Origin: Candidatus Saccharimonas aalborgensis
GTDB lineage: Bacteria; Patescibacteriota; Saccharimonadia; Saccharimonadales; Saccharimonadaceae
Direction of reading: 5' to 3'
DNA: 32,000 bases
Assembly: GCF_000392435.1 (NCBI RefSeq)
Contig: NC_021219.1
Location: 510,001-542,000, forward strand
Made by a program: the position numbers and the translations under genes. Of this stretch, positions 1 to 7,897 are shown one piece after another; the first letter of the stretch is position 1, and the number at the start of each line of letters is the position of its first letter. The notes under the pieces are model-generated. The model was not told the DNA's origin. It was given only the letters and a program-made list of their open reading frames with translations, and did no database searches.

Positions 1-665
1 GCTCTATCACAGTACTCACTTACCGACGCCATATCATGCGTAACAAGTATAACTGTCTTACCTGTATTCTTTAGTGTCTTAAAGTAAGTAAAACACTTCT
101 TTTGAAAGTCAGCATCACCCACGGCCAACACTTCGTCTACTACTAAGATATCCGCCTGTGCCATTGTTGCGCAGGCGAAGGCGAGTCGAACTTGCATGCC
201 GCTACTGTAATTCTTTAGTTTCTGCTCCATGAAGTTTCCGAGCTCAGCAAATTCTACTATCTTTTGATAATTCTCATCTATTTCGTGCCGCGAGAAACCG
301 AGAATCGCACCGTTAAGGTAAACGTTTTCTCTCCCGCTAAGTTCGGGATTAAACCCAACCCCTAACTCAATAAATGAGACTAGCTTACCGTCTATATTGA
401 CCGATCCCTTTGTTGGCTGGTAGATACCAGATATTATTTTCAGCAGTGTGCTCTTACCACTTCCGTTTCTCCCGACGATTCCGAAAAATTCACCCTTCTT
501 GACCGTGAAATCAACTCCAAGCAAGACACGATATATGTTATTCCCGCGTCGTTTCTTTATATTTGTGGTTACTACTCTCTTGAGAGAGTTCGTATCTTCT
601 ACTGGGAGGACAAACTCTTTTGTCACCCCTCTTACTGTTATAGCGGCCTCGACACGTGCACTCAT
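1..665 (-). CDS. ABC transporter ATP-binding protein, glycan/teichoic-acid exporter type (TagH/Wzt-like); C-terminus runs off the window
   Basis: Absent from the ORF track because it is open at the window edge. My translation of the minus strand from the ATG at 665 gives MSARVEAAITVRGVTKEF... It carries Walker A GRNGSGKSTLL (441-476), ABC signature YSSGMQVRLAFA (about 181-222), Walker B ILVVDEVLAVGD (about 121-160) and an H-loop VTHD near the edge. The start abuts the stop of the permease gene. Confidence 0.85.
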   Translation of the reverse strand, partial: MSARVEAAITVRGVTKEFVLPVEDTNSLKRVVTTNIKKRRGNNIYRVLLGVDFTVKKGEFFGIVGRNGSGKSTLLKIISGIYQPTKGSVNIDGKLVSFIELGVGFNPELSGRENVYLNGAILGFSRHEIDENYQKIVEFAELGNFMEQKLKNYSSGMQVRLAFACATMAQADILVVDEVLAVGDADFQKKCFTYFKTLKNTGKTVILVTHDMASVSEYCDR

Positions 666-666
666 G

Positions 667-1494
667 TTATACGTTCTCCGCAAAAAAAGCTGACTTCTTT
701 ATATAATAACGATACCCTAACACCAGTGTAGCAACAGAAACGAGAGCGGGTACTATCGTTAAGAGTAGAGGGTAGGATGTATTAAATGCAGTAATCACAT
801 GGTCATGTGGCACTAAAGCGTATCGTGCCCCTTGAATTGACTGGGTAACCGGACTTGCTAACATTATCGTAGCGATACTCGCCGGTACATACTGATATAA
901 CGGGTAAAGAATGGGGGTGAAATAAAATGCTGCTTGCATAATTACATCCCAGATATGATTAATATCTCTATACTTCACATATATTGCACTGAGAAAAAAA
1001 CCAATTCCCATGGCAAATGCCGCCATCTCAAGCATAAATAGGAAAAAAGTTGGAAGATACCAAGTGAGTGGCACGCCAAGAAATATCATAAAGACAGCCA
1101 CAATTGATAAATTAATGATCACGTTGATCATTGCCGAAAGAGTTGATGATACAATAATGACCGTTTTGGGGAAATTAACCTTGCGAATCAAGTCTCCTTT
1201 TGCGACCACGGCACCTATACTACTGCTTGTAATCTCTGCAAACATATTCCACAGTATGATGCCGAGAAGTAAGTAAAGACCATAATATGGTATATCTCCC
1301 TTTACTCGCATAAAGTTTACGAGAATGATATACAGGATACAAAACATTGCAAGTGGTTTGAGAACGCTCCACAAATAACCAAGTACTGATCCTTGATATC
1401 GAAGCTTGAAGTCGGTTTTCACAAACTCCTTGAGAATTATCATGGAGTAGTTTGCCTTCTTCATTTTTGCTCTATCGTCTTTTATTTTTACCAC
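667..1494 (-). CDS. ABC-2 type transporter permease (TagG/Wzm-like)
   Basis: 275 aa with about six hydrophobic helices. The N-terminal segment FKLRYQGSVLGYLWSVLKPL is typical of ABC-2 polysaccharide/teichoic-acid export permeases. It lies directly upstream of, and is coupled to, the ATPase gene. Confidence 0.8.
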   Translation of the reverse strand: MVKIKDDRAKMKKANYSMIILKEFVKTDFKLRYQGSVLGYLWSVLKPLAMFCILYIILVNFMRVKGDIPYYGLYLLLGIILWNMFAEITSSSIGAVVAKGDLIRKVNFPKTVIIVSSTLSAMINVIINLSIVAVFMIFLGVPLTWYLPTFFLFMLEMAAFAMGIGFFLSAIYVKYRDINHIWDVIMQAAFYFTPILYPLYQYVPASIATIMLASPVTQSIQGARYALVPHDHVITAFNTSYPLLLTIVPALVSVATLVLGYRYYIKKSAFFAENV

Positions 1495-1520
1495 ACTCCC
1501 ATAATACCATTGATCTCTAG

Positions 1521-1529
1521 TGATATAAT
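1521..1529 (+). promoter_or_regulatory. Extended -10 element TGaTATAAT, 6 nt upstream of the ATG at 1536 (leaderless-type arrangement)
   Basis: TG at 1521-1522 and TATAAT at 1524-1529. The spacer cagcct contains no Shine-Dalgarno. The whole divergent intergenic region is only 41 bp. Confidence 0.4.
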
Positions 1530-1535
1530 CAGCCT

Positions 1536-2633
1536 ATGAGAAATAAGGATCGTCTTCGGCTGCGCATATGTGACTCGTCGCCCTACGATAACCAACGTTC
1601 CGGTGTGGGTAATTACTCACATTTACTAAGGCAAGCCTTCGAGGGTTCAAGTAAGGTAGTCCTCTCGCCACCCCGTATTTTCATATCAAAGAAAATATCG
1701 GGCTACTTGTACCGACTAATGGAAAAGCTGTACAGTCATGGATTTCCCGTTCCCTATGATATTCTCCTTCCACAGGCTGACCTTACCCTTTTTACAAACT
1801 TCTCGACATGGCCAACCCTACGCACCAACTCTGTGATGACCGTTGTACACGACCTTACCTACATCAACTACCCAGAGGTTGTCGAGAGAAAGAATCTTGC
1901 TCACTTGAGGAGAGTTGTTCCTCGCAGCATCACTAGAGCGGACACTATCATCACGGTCTCAGAATCAATGAAAAAAGAGATATGTAATGTGTTCGCGATA
2001 CGTGATGACAAGGTAATAGTGACGAGGATTCCACCTTCACCGGAATTTTCTATAAAATCTAATAAGGACGTTCATAGTATTTATCGCATTCCAGCCGGGA
2101 AATATTTTCTCTTTGTTAGCAACTTAGAACCTAGAAAGAACCTTAAGGTGCTTATCAAAGCGTATCGTTTACTCCCCGTCTCTATCCGAAACACATACTC
2201 ACTTGTTATTGCGGGTGGCAAGGGATGGAAATTTGAAGAAACACAAGCGCTGATCGACGAGCCGCTTGACGTGGGTACGGTTTGTCAGGTAGGATTTGTT
2301 GATCAATCCGATCTTCCAGCTCTTTTTCAGAAAGCGTCGCTATTCGTTATGCCATCATTATATGAGGGATTTGGCATGCCCATCGTTGAAGCTCTTGCAA
2401 GCGGCTGCAAGGTTGTTGCATCCGATATACCTGTTTTTCACGAATCGGGCGGAGGAGCTATCCACTATGCTAATCCACACGATGAAAGCGACTTTGCGTC
2501 TAAAATTATTCACGCCATCAAAACACCCCTTGACAATAACGCGGTACGCAAGCATTTGGCCACACTCACTTGGGATAGTAATGTTGAAACTATCCTTGAT
2601 GGATATAGAGCAACCGAAGATCTCAAGAATTAA
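1536..2633 (+). CDS. Glycosyltransferase family 1 (GT4-type, retaining)
   Basis: 365 aa. The C-terminal motif PSLYEGFGMPIVEALASGCKVVASD is the E-x7-E region typical of GT4 enzymes. The N-terminal GVGNYSHLL resembles the GT4 N-domain. Confidence 0.85.
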   Translation: MRNKDRLRLRICDSSPYDNQRSGVGNYSHLLRQAFEGSSKVVLSPPRIFISKKISGYLYRLMEKLYSHGFPVPYDILLPQADLTLFTNFSTWPTLRTNSVMTVVHDLTYINYPEVVERKNLAHLRRVVPRSITRADTIITVSESMKKEICNVFAIRDDKVIVTRIPPSPEFSIKSNKDVHSIYRIPAGKYFLFVSNLEPRKNLKVLIKAYRLLPVSIRNTYSLVIAGGKGWKFEETQALIDEPLDVGTVCQVGFVDQSDLPALFQKASLFVMPSLYEGFGMPIVEALASGCKVVASDIPVFHESGGGAIHYANPHDESDFASKIIHAIKTPLDNNAVRKHLATLTWDSNVETILDGYRATEDLKN

Positions 2634-2714
2634 CCCATAGTCAATGATTCAAGATGATTAATCTGTACTCATAGTGGCACATGAAAGAAATTTTATTTTA
2701 TACTAATAGAATAA

Positions 2715-3779
2715 ATGTTGTTACTAGAGTATGAGGCTAAGGAGATTATCAATAGAGAAGGGGTTGCCACTCCCTCGTCCTACAGAATCTTCTCTCATGA
2801 CACATCTCCTACTACTGTTTCTTTTCCTTGTGTCATAAAATCACAGGTTCCTACTGGCGGCAGAGGAGAAGCCGGTGGAATATGGGTTGCTGAGAGTAAA
2901 AAACAGCTTCTCGGCATAACTCAGGCATTATTTTCGCTCTCTATAGGGGGTTACACACCTTCAAGCCTTTTGATCGAGGAACAGTTAGAGATTGAGCGAG
3001 AATTATACCTTTCACTGTCGCTCAATCGCTTAACAGCCTCAATTGAACTAGTTGCGCACGCTCATGGTGGCGTCGAAATCGAATCACGAGATGATTTTTT
3101 TACCGCTCAGCTGGACGAACGCGAGTTCAGTAAGGTTGGTGAATCCCTGGCGGAGATATACTCTCTAGAGAATAAAGCTTTTTTGCTCTCCGAACTTGTG
3201 GCGATTCTTTATCAAGTATTTTGTAAACAGGACGCCATTCTTCTTGAGATAAACCCTCTTGTTCTTACTTCATCTGGTGACCTTGTGACGGCAGATTGTA
3301 AAATGATCGTTGATGACGATGCCGCGTTTCGTCACCCCGATTGGTCGTTTGAGGAAATGAGCAAACCAAGCAACTATGTGGTATTAAACGAATATGGTAC
3401 CGTCGCAACAATGGCAAATGGAGCAGGTCTTGCAATGGCGACTGTTGACACGGTTCAGGCCTCAGGGTTGGTGCCAGCAAATTTTTTGGATATTGGCGGT
3501 GCCGCAACTATTGAAAGTATTGCTAATTGCTTTGAAAAAATTGTGGAACTACCAAAGATTTCAGCGATCGTTATCAATATTTTCGGCGGAATCGTCCGCT
3601 GCGACGATGTGGCAAGAGCTATCATTGCGGCTCGGCAGCAAATACCATCTTTACCAAAGCTGTATATTCGACTCGCGGGTACAAATGCCAATGAAGCCGA
3701 ATTAATTCTTGGCGAGAGCGGAATTACCTTGTATAAAACCATCGAAGAAGCTATTAAGGAGCTATCTCAAAATGGATAA
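2715..3779 (+). CDS. sucC: Succinyl-CoA synthetase beta-subunit-like ATP-grasp protein
   Basis: N-terminus MLLLEYEAKEII (compare the SucC LHEYQAK motif). Also TGGRGEAGGIWV, MANGAGLAMATVD, NFLDIGGAAT and INIFGGIVRCDDVA, all recognisable SucC signature segments. At 354 aa it is slightly short. Confidence 0.8.
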   Translation: MLLLEYEAKEIINREGVATPSSYRIFSHDTSPTTVSFPCVIKSQVPTGGRGEAGGIWVAESKKQLLGITQALFSLSIGGYTPSSLLIEEQLEIERELYLSLSLNRLTASIELVAHAHGGVEIESRDDFFTAQLDEREFSKVGESLAEIYSLENKAFLLSELVAILYQVFCKQDAILLEINPLVLTSSGDLVTADCKMIVDDDAAFRHPDWSFEEMSKPSNYVVLNEYGTVATMANGAGLAMATVDTVQASGLVPANFLDIGGAATIESIANCFEKIVELPKISAIVINIFGGIVRCDDVARAIIAARQQIPSLPKLYIRLAGTNANEAELILGESGITLYKTIEEAIKELSQNG

Positions 3780-4638
3780 ATCAGTCTTTTTAGGAAAACG
3801 AGTAGTGGTACAGGGGATAACCGGCAGGCAGGGCAGATTTCATACTCAACGAATGCTTGAGTATGGAAGTTCGATTATCGCCGGTACTTCTCTATCAAAA
3901 GCTGGTACACGTGTGTGCGGCATACCGGTCTTTGCGTCGCTTGACGATATCAAGCAGCAGTTCTCGATTTCGATCGATATCTCTGTTATATTTGTGCCCG
4001 CACCCACAGCAAAAGCCGCCGTTATGGAGGCAATTAGAGCACAGGTCCCACTTATCGTCTGTATTACCGAACATATTCCTGTTCACGATATGTTGTATAT
4101 ACGGCAACAACTTGCCCATTCACAGTCGGTACTGATCGGCCCCAATAGTCCCGGGGTTCTGATGCCGGATAAGCAACTACTTGGTATTATCCCTGGTAGT
4201 TTTTCTACCGTGGGGACGACCGCAGTCGTAAGTCGAAGCGGTACCTTGACATATGAGGTGATGAGCCTGCTTACAGGGGCTGGTTTTGGCCAAAAATATA
4301 TTATTGGCATCGGTGGTGACATGATTCAGGGCAGCTCTTTCGTGGACTGTCTCGAGCTATTTGAACATGATGATGGTGTTGAACGAATACTACTCATCGG
4401 TGAGGTCGGTGGAACTGCCGAGATAGCCGCGGCTGATTATATTGCGTCATCAATGAGTAAACCAGTGTATGCCTATATAGCGGGGCAATGCGCTCCCCCG
4501 GGCGTACAACTTGGCCACGCTGGAGCCATCCTGGGTACTAATGCGCTCGAGAGCGCTCAGGCAAAGACCACGTACCTGGGCCGCTCAGGTGCGGTCACTG
4601 CCTCTAATCTTTCCCAGCTTATATCGATGATGAAATAG
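3772..4638 (+). CDS. sucD: Succinyl-CoA synthetase alpha-subunit-like protein (CoA-binding, phosphohistidine loop present)
   Basis: I place the start at ATG 3772 (MDKSVFLGKRVVVQGITGRQG, a SucD-type N-terminus), which overlaps the sucC stop by 8 nt (ATGGATAA). It has SRSGTLTYE and the catalytic loop GHAGAILG. The track start at 3709 would lie deep inside sucC. Confidence 0.85.
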   Translation: MDKSVFLGKRVVVQGITGRQGRFHTQRMLEYGSSIIAGTSLSKAGTRVCGIPVFASLDDIKQQFSISIDISVIFVPAPTAKAAVMEAIRAQVPLIVCITEHIPVHDMLYIRQQLAHSQSVLIGPNSPGVLMPDKQLLGIIPGSFSTVGTTAVVSRSGTLTYEVMSLLTGAGFGQKYIIGIGGDMIQGSSFVDCLELFEHDDGVERILLIGEVGGTAEIAAADYIASSMSKPVYAYIAGQCAPPGVQLGHAGAILGTNALESAQAKTTYLGRSGAVTASNLSQLISMMK

Positions 4639-4653
4639 CGTATACTAACATAT

Positions 4654-5604
4654 ATGAAGAAGTTGATTACAATACTTGTGCCTGCCTACAACGAGGAAGA
4701 GGTGTTACCCCTCCTCATGAAGCGGCTCGATAGCTTGACTGGCCAGTTGCCCAACTATAGTTGGGAGTTGTTATTCATCAACGACGGTAGTAAAGACAAG
4801 ACCGACGAAATGCTGCGCTCCTATGCAGAAAGTGATAGCCGCATCTCGTACGTTAATTTTTCACGAAACTTTGGCAAAGAAGCCGCGCTAATCGCTGGCT
4901 TTGACTACGCAAAAGGTGATGCTGTCGTCAATATCGATGCCGATCTACAAGACCCGCCGGAGCTTATTCCAGAGATGATTCGCTATTGGGAAGAAGGCTA
5001 CGATGACGTCTACGCAAAACGTCGCAGTCGCGCCGGTGAGACGTGGTTCAAGAAATTCTCGAGCCGCACCTACTACCGCATTCTCCAATCATCAACGCTG
5101 GTGCCACTCCAGGTTGATACGGGCGATTTCCGGCTCCTTAGTAAACGAGCCGTAGAGGCGATGAAGCAGTTTAGAGAGAGTGAGCGCTACACAAAAGGGA
5201 TGTTTAGTTGGATTGGTTTTAAGAAAAAAGAACTCTTATATGATCGTGATCCTCGGGCAGCGGGAATGGCAAAGCAAAATTATCGCAAGTTAATCAATCT
5301 CGCCATCGATGGCATCACCAGCCTCACCACTGCGCCGCTGCGCATCTCGACATATGTCGGTGCTTTCACCTCATTTGTGGCGTTTGTGTATATTGTTTAC
5401 CTACTTGTTCGTCCGTTGTTTGGAGTCCCGACCGTGCCAGGCTACGCCTCAACTTTGGCAGTGATATTGTTTCTCGGCGGTATTCAACTCCTCAGTCTCG
5501 GCATCATCGGCGAATATGTAGGACGAATATTTAACGAAACGAAGCGCCGCCCGCTGTATTTCGTCGAGACCTATCACGAAGGAGCGCATCATACTAAAAA
5601 ATAA
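4654..5604 (+). CDS. GT2 polyprenyl-phosphate glycosyltransferase (GtrB/CsbB/ArnC-like)
   Basis: ILVPAYNEEE, FINDGSKDKT and NIDADLQDPPE (the DxD region), plus two C-terminal TM helices ending GEYVGRIFNETKRRPLYFV. This is the typical architecture of bactoprenol-phosphate sugar transferases. Confidence 0.85.
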   Translation: MKKLITILVPAYNEEEVLPLLMKRLDSLTGQLPNYSWELLFINDGSKDKTDEMLRSYAESDSRISYVNFSRNFGKEAALIAGFDYAKGDAVVNIDADLQDPPELIPEMIRYWEEGYDDVYAKRRSRAGETWFKKFSSRTYYRILQSSTLVPLQVDTGDFRLLSKRAVEAMKQFRESERYTKGMFSWIGFKKKELLYDRDPRAAGMAKQNYRKLINLAIDGITSLTTAPLRISTYVGAFTSFVAFVYIVYLLVRPLFGVPTVPGYASTLAVILFLGGIQLLSLGIIGEYVGRIFNETKRRPLYFVETYHEGAHHTKK

Positions 5605-5629
5605 GCGCCAAGTTGGTCGCTTCGGCCTG

Positions 5630-6004
5630 GTGGGAATTATCAACACCGCGCTTGATATCGGCATCTTGTTTGTGTTGAAGTCACTCGGTGTACCGGTTAG
5701 CTATGCAAACGTTGTCTCAACTTCTGTTGCCTTTTGCTTCAGCTTTTTTGCAAACAAACTCTATACGTTTAACGGTCGCGAGGGCAATGTTGTACGCCAG
5801 ATGACATTGTTTATTGTCGTAACCCTATTTGGACTGTGGGTGCTACAAACCATTGTTATACAACTGACGCTTCCGCTTTGGGGCACACTCTTTAGCAACG
5901 GTCAACTCGCACTCCTTGCAGCCAAATTAGCTGCTACCATTGTGTCGCTTTCATGGAATTACACCCTCTACGAAAAACTAGTGTTTGCAAAGAAAGAACC
6001 TTAG
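5630..6004 (+). CDS. GtrA-family small polytopic membrane protein (start uncertain)
   Basis: Four TM helices with a C-terminal WNYTLYEKLVF, typical of the GtrA family. The frame is open from 5522, and the GtrA-like residues KRQVGRFGLVG lie upstream of the first canonical start (GTG 5630). Confidence 0.75.
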   Translation: MGIINTALDIGILFVLKSLGVPVSYANVVSTSVAFCFSFFANKLYTFNGREGNVVRQMTLFIVVTLFGLWVLQTIVIQLTLPLWGTLFSNGQLALLAAKLAATIVSLSWNYTLYEKLVFAKKEP

Positions 6005-6005
6005 G

Positions 6006-6407
6006 TTACTGCTTCAAAGAGGTGCCAACCCCATAGGCAATGTCTATTCCGTAGCGTAAGCAGACTGTAGCCTCGGGGTTAAACTTATCGGAATCTCTGT
6101 CACCACCCTGAGCAAAGATAAGCTGGTCGTCTTTATACTTCTCGTCAGTAGCTATGCTCTGCATCGTTTCGACTACTGGTGGGTCGTTGTCAATGGCTAG
6201 TATCACTTCATCAACAGCGCGCAGCGCCTTCATGATTCGATAGCGCTCATTTTCATTGAGTACGATCTTCCCCTTTTTTATGAGTTGCTGCTTGTCATTA
6301 TTTACAATAACAATCAGCCGATCACCGAGTGCCTTAGCACCTTCAATGAGATCGAGATGTCCACCGTGAAGCGGGCTGAAGTAACCACTAATAATAACTG
6401 TCTTCAT
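6006..6407 (-). CDS. Cytidylyltransferase-family nucleotidyltransferase (TagD / RfaE-domain-II-like)
   Basis: 133 aa. The GYFSPLHGGHLDLIEGAKALGDRLIVIVNND segment contains the HxGH motif of the cytidylyltransferase-like fold. Size and layout match small sugar/glycerol-phosphate nucleotidyltransferases. Confidence 0.75.
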   Translation of the reverse strand: MKTVIISGYFSPLHGGHLDLIEGAKALGDRLIVIVNNDKQQLIKKGKIVLNENERYRIMKALRAVDEVILAIDNDPPVVETMQSIATDEKYKDDQLIFAQGGDRDSDKFNPEATVCLRYGIDIAYGVGTSLKQ

Positions 6408-6539
6408 ATCATCAGTGTATCACAGCTCGCCCCGACAACCAGTTAGGTATTTGTTGTAAATTGGGTTCTAGCGTTTCGCCGTAAACACTCTTATAATAGG
6501 ATGAGAAATTCTGGAGGAACTAATGCACTGTAGGTATCT

Positions 6540-7886
6540 ATGTCCGATCTTATAAACAAAAAGTTGATCGATAAAGTCGCCAAGGCAACCTTTGTTCATA
6601 TTGTCACGATTGGCACTAAGCCCGATATCATCAAACAAGCCCCTCTCTACCATGAACTCATCAAGCGCGGCGAAACCGTGCTTCTATTTCACACCGGCCA
6701 ACATTACGATTACCGTTATAGTGGTGGTGTTGAGGAAGAGTTTGGCCTTGATGTCGATGTACGACTAAGTATCGATGGCAGCCTCGCTCAAAAAACAGCA
6801 CAAATGATTGATCAATTTGGCACTATTTTAACCTATTTGCTCGAACAGAAAAAAATACCTATTCCGTATGTTCATGGTGACACATCAACCGCTTCGGCAA
6901 TTGCCTATTCTGCAATGCTTCACGGGGTTGCATGCGTTCACGTCGAGGCGGGTATCCGTACTCTCACCCCGCGCGAAGCGATCTATCATTATTTTTACAA
7001 AGAATTTAAAGAGAATCGATTTGACTGGAACGAGTATTACCTCACGATGCAGGATATCGATACCTATAGCCGCGGTAGTATGGAGCCCTACCCCGAGCAA
7101 GTCAATACCCGCATGATCGAGCCAGCTTCGGGATTTTATGCGACACCTGTAGAAATTACAAAGGAGTTTTTGCTTTCAGAAGGATTTGAGGAATCAAAGA
7201 TAAGTGTTGTAGGAAACACAATAGCAGACCCCACACTTAAGGCGCTTCGAGAAGCTGAGAGCTCAGATATTTTTAGCCATTACCCACTCCTTGAGGCGGG
7301 TAACTTCGTCATGGTGTCGATTCATCGGCGCGAAACATTGAATGACAGGATGCGTTTTGTTGCAATTATGGACGCGCTTGAACTACTCGTGAAAGATGGT
7401 ATCAGGGTACTTTTTCTGTCGCTTAATGGTACAGAGCAGGCACTAGACCGATATAAACTCCGTACCAAAGTAATGAGCCTCGTAAAGAAATACCCCGAGT
7501 TGTTTATTTACTCTGAGGCATGGGCATACCACAAGGATGTTATTGCCGCCATGCGCCGCAGCGCGGTGGTAGCTTCTGATTCTGGCGGCTTTCAGGAAGA
7601 GGCAAATATTGTTGGGGTACCCTGCGTCACACTACGATATGGCTCCGATAGGGGTGAGTCGTTTATCGCAGGCGCAAATGTCCCCGCTCCTCCATTTGAT
7701 AGTGCCTTTATCGTCAGTATCATAAAGGGGGCCATGAATAATCAAGATATGATCTCAGTCGGTAATATTTATGGTGAGAATGTTTCAAAAAAGATCGTCG
7801 ATGGTGTATTGTCTCATCTTGATCCAGAAACTGGATTTTATATGCGCGAAGAACGCCGACTTGGGTTTACCTCATTTACTCAATAG
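6540..7886 (+). CDS. wecB: UDP-N-acetylglucosamine 2-epimerase family protein (WecB-like) with an internal insertion
   Basis: IGTKPDIIKQAPL, HTGQHYD and HVEAGIRT are recognisable WecB/MnaA motifs. At 448 aa it is longer than usual, with about 45 extra residues between HVEAGIRT and PYPEQVNTR. Confidence 0.75.
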   Translation: MSDLINKKLIDKVAKATFVHIVTIGTKPDIIKQAPLYHELIKRGETVLLFHTGQHYDYRYSGGVEEEFGLDVDVRLSIDGSLAQKTAQMIDQFGTILTYLLEQKKIPIPYVHGDTSTASAIAYSAMLHGVACVHVEAGIRTLTPREAIYHYFYKEFKENRFDWNEYYLTMQDIDTYSRGSMEPYPEQVNTRMIEPASGFYATPVEITKEFLLSEGFEESKISVVGNTIADPTLKALREAESSDIFSHYPLLEAGNFVMVSIHRRETLNDRMRFVAIMDALELLVKDGIRVLFLSLNGTEQALDRYKLRTKVMSLVKKYPELFIYSEAWAYHKDVIAAMRRSAVVASDSGGFQEEANIVGVPCVTLRYGSDRGESFIAGANVPAPPFDSAFIVSIIKGAMNNQDMISVGNIYGENVSKKIVDGVLSHLDPETGFYMREERRLGFTSFTQ

Positions 7887-7897
7887 CGAGAAAAGAT

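Noticed and set aside
448-693. 81-aa plus-strand ORF from the track
   Set aside because: It lies antisense to a clearly motif-bearing ABC ATPase gene (Walker A, signature and Walker B all on the minus strand). I recognise nothing in it and it has no SD.
3709-3771. Longer track start for sucD at 3709
   Set aside because: It would overlap sucC by 71 nt and add a non-homologous leader. ATG 3772 gives the canonical SucD N-terminus and an ATGGATAA-type coupling overlap.
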